DNA from: Candidatus Thalassospirochaeta sargassi
GTDB lineage: Bacteria > Spirochaetota > Spirochaetia > UBA9216
Length of the DNA: 64,000 nt
Reading direction: 5' to 3'
Assembly: GCA_028532855.1 (NCBI GenBank)
Contig: JAQQAL010000035.1
Coordinates: forward strand, 39,481 to 103,480
Positions 61,083-64,000 of this stretch are shown piece by piece. Position 1 is the stretch's first letter. Each line of letters opens with the position of its first letter. A program made the translations under genes and the position numbers. The notes below the pieces were generated by a model. The model saw only the letters and a program-made list of their open reading frames with translations, ran no database searches and was not told where the DNA came from.

Positions 61083-61702
61083 CAGCGGACCTCCGCCTCC
61101 GGGGCATGCATGAGGGTATTCAGTTCTTCGCCGTAAATCTTCATATTAAAAGCAAGTTTCTTCACCCTTGTCCGGTTTATATGCGCGAATATCAGGGCAG
61201 GAATTGCTGTAAAAAGCCCTGCTACAGTTGTTATCATAGCAACCCAGATTCCATCGGCAAGCAGAGAGGCATCTATCTGCATTGCCGTGTTAATACCTAT
61301 TTCGCGAAAGGCCTGAACAAGGCCCAGGACCGTACCGGAAAGGCCTATCATGGGCGATATACTTCCTATCAGTTCCTGGATGTGGATGTATCTCGATGCT
61401 GAAAACAGGAGTTTATCTCCTGCAAGAGAAATCTCTTTTTCAGCAATATCCGGGGTCTTATCGGCATTTTTGAAGATTTCAAAGAGAAATTTCATTATGG
61501 TCCGCGATGAAGAGGCCGTTTCTGCTTCCGCCTTCAAATATTCACCTATCTGCACCTGCTGTTTTATTCTTAAAAGCGCTGCATCACTTACCCTGTTTCT
61601 GATGAAGTACACCTCACGTTCAATAATTACGGCCAGCGATACAATCGAAATAACCAGCAACGGCCACATCAGAGGACCGCCTTTTAAAAACAGTTCAATC
61701 AT
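61082..61702 (-). CDS. exbB: ExbB
   Basis: GGPLMWPL, PMIGLSGTVLG, ITTVAGL..AIPA. Confidence 0.92.
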   Translation of the reverse strand: MIELFLKGGPLMWPLLVISIVSLAVIIEREVYFIRNRVSDAALLRIKQQVQIGEYLKAEAETASSSRTIMKFLFEIFKNADKTPDIAEKEISLAGDKLLFSASRYIHIQELIGSISPMIGLSGTVLGLVQAFREIGINTAMQIDASLLADGIWVAMITTVAGLFTAIPALIFAHINRTRVKKLAFNMKIYGEELNTLMHAPEAEVR

Positions 61703-61713
61703 TATATTGTCCT

Positions 61714-63129
61714 TTAACGCTCAAATATGCAGAGTGCTCCCGGGCCGTCGCTTACTGAAAATACAGAGCCCTCGGTATAGTTGAAATCAGGGGAAGACCC
61801 CGATATGTCTATTGTATTTACCGAATCATTAGAATAGAAGCTGACGAACAGCTTATTCGAATATGAATCATAGCAGAGCCCGGCATAATAGTCGCTGTCT
61901 ACATCATCTGCTGTAATAATCATATCATCATAACCGTGGAGGACCGAATAATCACCGGCTGTGCTGCCATACTGATACGACTGCAGCCCCCCTACCCCGG
62001 CCAGGTAGACTATCTTATTATCGTAATCAATCGACTCTCTGCAGCCTACGGGCGAACCGCCTATATGAAGGTGGGTAAGATAGGAAGGCTCATCAGGGTC
62101 ACTGATATCAAGCACCAGAATTACCCCGTCGTCCGGGTTTGTACCGGGTTTCTCATCATCCTGGTCAAAGCCGTCAGGAATGTATTCATCAGCGCTGTAA
62201 TAGCTTGTACTGCCGCCGTTTGTTCCTGTGCATACTATATTCAGCAGGTTGTCCAGAATGAAGGCCGACTGCGGGTTGAGACCGTTACCCGGCAGGTATT
62301 CACTGTAGTTTTCATCAGCACCGGCTGTGTAGTAGATATCTTCAAGATTAATCTCCGCTGTCAGTTCAAAGGCAAGCGACGAGTCGGATGCGCCTGAAAC
62401 CATCGCGTCAGCATTAAAGCTGAAGATACTCAGGGTTGCCTCCCTGAAATAGCCTCCGGCGCTGACAGATTCAGTCAAAAGAATTGAAGAATCATAGCGG
62501 ACATTGGTCACATAGAGCCTAGATTCAGACCCGTTTGACAGCACCGCACCGCCCGAACTGCTGCGTGAGAAGTTGTCGCCTACAGCGTTTGTACCGGTAG
62601 GGGTGGTCTGATACTCAGAATCTGCATCATCAGGTAGTACAACCTCTGTCCAGCTGTCGACGAATGAATAACCGGTTTCAGGATTTGAAAGATCTACCGG
62701 CTGTACGTCATCGGTTTCAAAGCCTGCACAGAACACCCATGAGGTTCCGGGCACAGATATGAACGACATGGGATTATATCCGTTCTTGAAATAATGTTCA
62801 GCTTCATAATCAAGGCTGTTTTTGTTATACGACTCAATACTGTTCTGCCCCGAAAGTATCACATGAATACCCTCATCATAGATCAATATATCTGCCGGTA
62901 TGGCACGGCTTGAGCTTCCGTATCCGACAAGCTGTATGTCGTTATAGACAGACTCTGTCTCAGGATCGATTGCACTTATGCTTTCAGCACTTCCGTTTAA
63001 TACCAATACAGCGCGCTCGGGAGAATCCGACATATAAGCCTGATAGTCAGTTTCGACATCCGGTTCGCATGATAACACCAGAAAAATAACAACAGATATC
63101 ACTGCCGCTGCCGCAGAATATTTTTTCAT
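61714..63129 (-). CDS. acidic lipoprotein, probable beta-propeller (YncE/BtuG-like) partner of the TBDR
   Basis: Lipobox VLSC, blade-like repeats (G.NP..., GGSP, DGP); ATGA coupling to the receptor. Confidence 0.6.
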   Translation of the reverse strand: MKKYSAAAAVISVVIFLVLSCEPDVETDYQAYMSDSPERAVLVLNGSAESISAIDPETESVYNDIQLVGYGSSSRAIPADILIYDEGIHVILSGQNSIESYNKNSLDYEAEHYFKNGYNPMSFISVPGTSWVFCAGFETDDVQPVDLSNPETGYSFVDSWTEVVLPDDADSEYQTTPTGTNAVGDNFSRSSSGGAVLSNGSESRLYVTNVRYDSSILLTESVSAGGYFREATLSIFSFNADAMVSGASDSSLAFELTAEINLEDIYYTAGADENYSEYLPGNGLNPQSAFILDNLLNIVCTGTNGGSTSYYSADEYIPDGFDQDDEKPGTNPDDGVILVLDISDPDEPSYLTHLHIGGSPVGCRESIDYDNKIVYLAGVGGLQSYQYGSTAGDYSVLHGYDDMIITADDVDSDYYAGLCYDSYSNKLFVSFYSNDSVNTIDISGSSPDFNYTEGSVFSVSDGPGALCIFER

Positions 63130-64000
63130 CAGAGACTGAGCCTCCCCTTTATACATAATTCAATTCCTGGCACAGGGTAACCCAGCCGGTCAATGTAGGA
63201 TTGATTTAACAGGTTGTCGCCTGAAAGCGTAAGCCTGAAATGCTCATTAAAATCATAGTTGAAGGTAGCGGATATAAGAAAAACCTGATCCAGATACTTG
63301 GTGTTCGCATTATTCGTATACCTGTAACCGATGTAGTCCATCGCTGTCTCTAAACTCAGCTGCTGAGGCAGGCTGAAAAGCAGGGCAATATTACCCGAAT
63401 GCTCCGGCCGGTATGCAAGCTGATTGCTGAAATTAACCGAATCAGAGTCTGCATCAACACATTTGAGCCAGTTATAGACCAGGGATACCTCCATATCCAC
63501 TTCATCAATGACTTCTTCACCCCGAATTTTCAGAGATGATTCCGCCCCGCCGCTGTAAACATAGCCGACATTCGACGGACGCCAAACCCCGCCAGCGGTT
63601 GGCATCCACTGGATCAAATCATCGATAATGCTGAAAAATCCCACCGCTTCGATATCTGCGGACCATTTGCCGCGGCCCCCGGCTGTGTAAAACACACCGC
63701 CGTCCCAATTGATACTCGTTTCTGGTTCAAGGTCCGGGTTACCCGAAGCAATTGCCCCCGACGGCCAGAAAAGGTCCTGGAATGAGGGGTTTCTGAACCC
63801 TGTGCCGATGTTGAGCTTCATGTAGAGCGGGCCCTCATCATACTCATCTCTGAAGGGGGAAAACCCGCCGGAGACCGACCAGGTCAGGGCAGTATTTGAT
63901 GTCGTATCAGAGGCCTCGTAGCTGGTGTAATTGAAGTCAAATCCGGCTGCGGGGGTGATATCAAAGCGGCCTAAAAGCATGCTCATACTGGCCCTGAGAT
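63129..64000 (-). CDS. TonB-dependent receptor, C-terminal barrel (partial)
   Basis: GFRNPSFQDLFW..GNPDLEPE, DNLLNQSY..GYPVPG. Confidence 0.9.
   Translation of the reverse strand, partial: LRASMSMLLGRFDITPAAGFDFNYTSYEASDTTSNTALTWSVSGGFSPFRDEYDEGPLYMKLNIGTGFRNPSFQDLFWPSGAIASGNPDLEPETSINWDGGVFYTAGGRGKWSADIEAVGFFSIIDDLIQWMPTAGGVWRPSNVGYVYSGGAESSLKIRGEEVIDEVDMEVSLVYNWLKCVDADSDSVNFSNQLAYRPEHSGNIALLFSLPQQLSLETAMDYIGYRYTNNANTKYLDQVFLISATFNYDFNEHFRLTLSGDNLLNQSYIDRLGYPVPGIELCIKGRLSL

Noticed and set aside
1-64000. CRISPR array or rRNA
   Set aside because: No regularly spaced 23-47 bp repeats and no long ORF-free rRNA-like region seen

Overview
Bacterial chromosomal window, probably from an anaerobic free-living spirochaete (inferred from gene content and lipoprotein style only). 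Left to right: the end of a GntR/deoC/FGGY-kinase sugar or nucleoside locus; an hfs-like [FeFe]-hydrogenase operon (sensory PAS hydrogenase, PP2C phosphatase, catalytic hydrogenase); mixed housekeeping and accessory genes (FNT channel, ECF sigma module, DEAD-box helicase, L/F-transferase-like, 515-aa HPr-domain protein, radical SAM, Crp-regulated permeases, NCS1); an AT-rich 8-gene minus-strand cluster around glutamate dehydrogenase; an MCP and secreted proteins; tupABC behind a Moco/Wco-class riboswitch; a decayed island at tRNA-Pro(GGG) (broken integrase, AbiE TA pair, IS3 element, orphan genes); and a TonB-ExbBD-lipoprotein-TBDR uptake operon. The best candidate for an undescribed system is the gdh cluster (26408-36515). 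It encodes two truncated PEP-synthase-like ATP-grasp proteins, one fused to an N-terminal sensor domain and a C-terminal nucleotidyltransferase, plus two phospho-hydrolases and a LuxR regulator carrying the same sensor domain. No CRISPR array or rRNA was seen. All calls come from reading motifs by eye; no searches were run.
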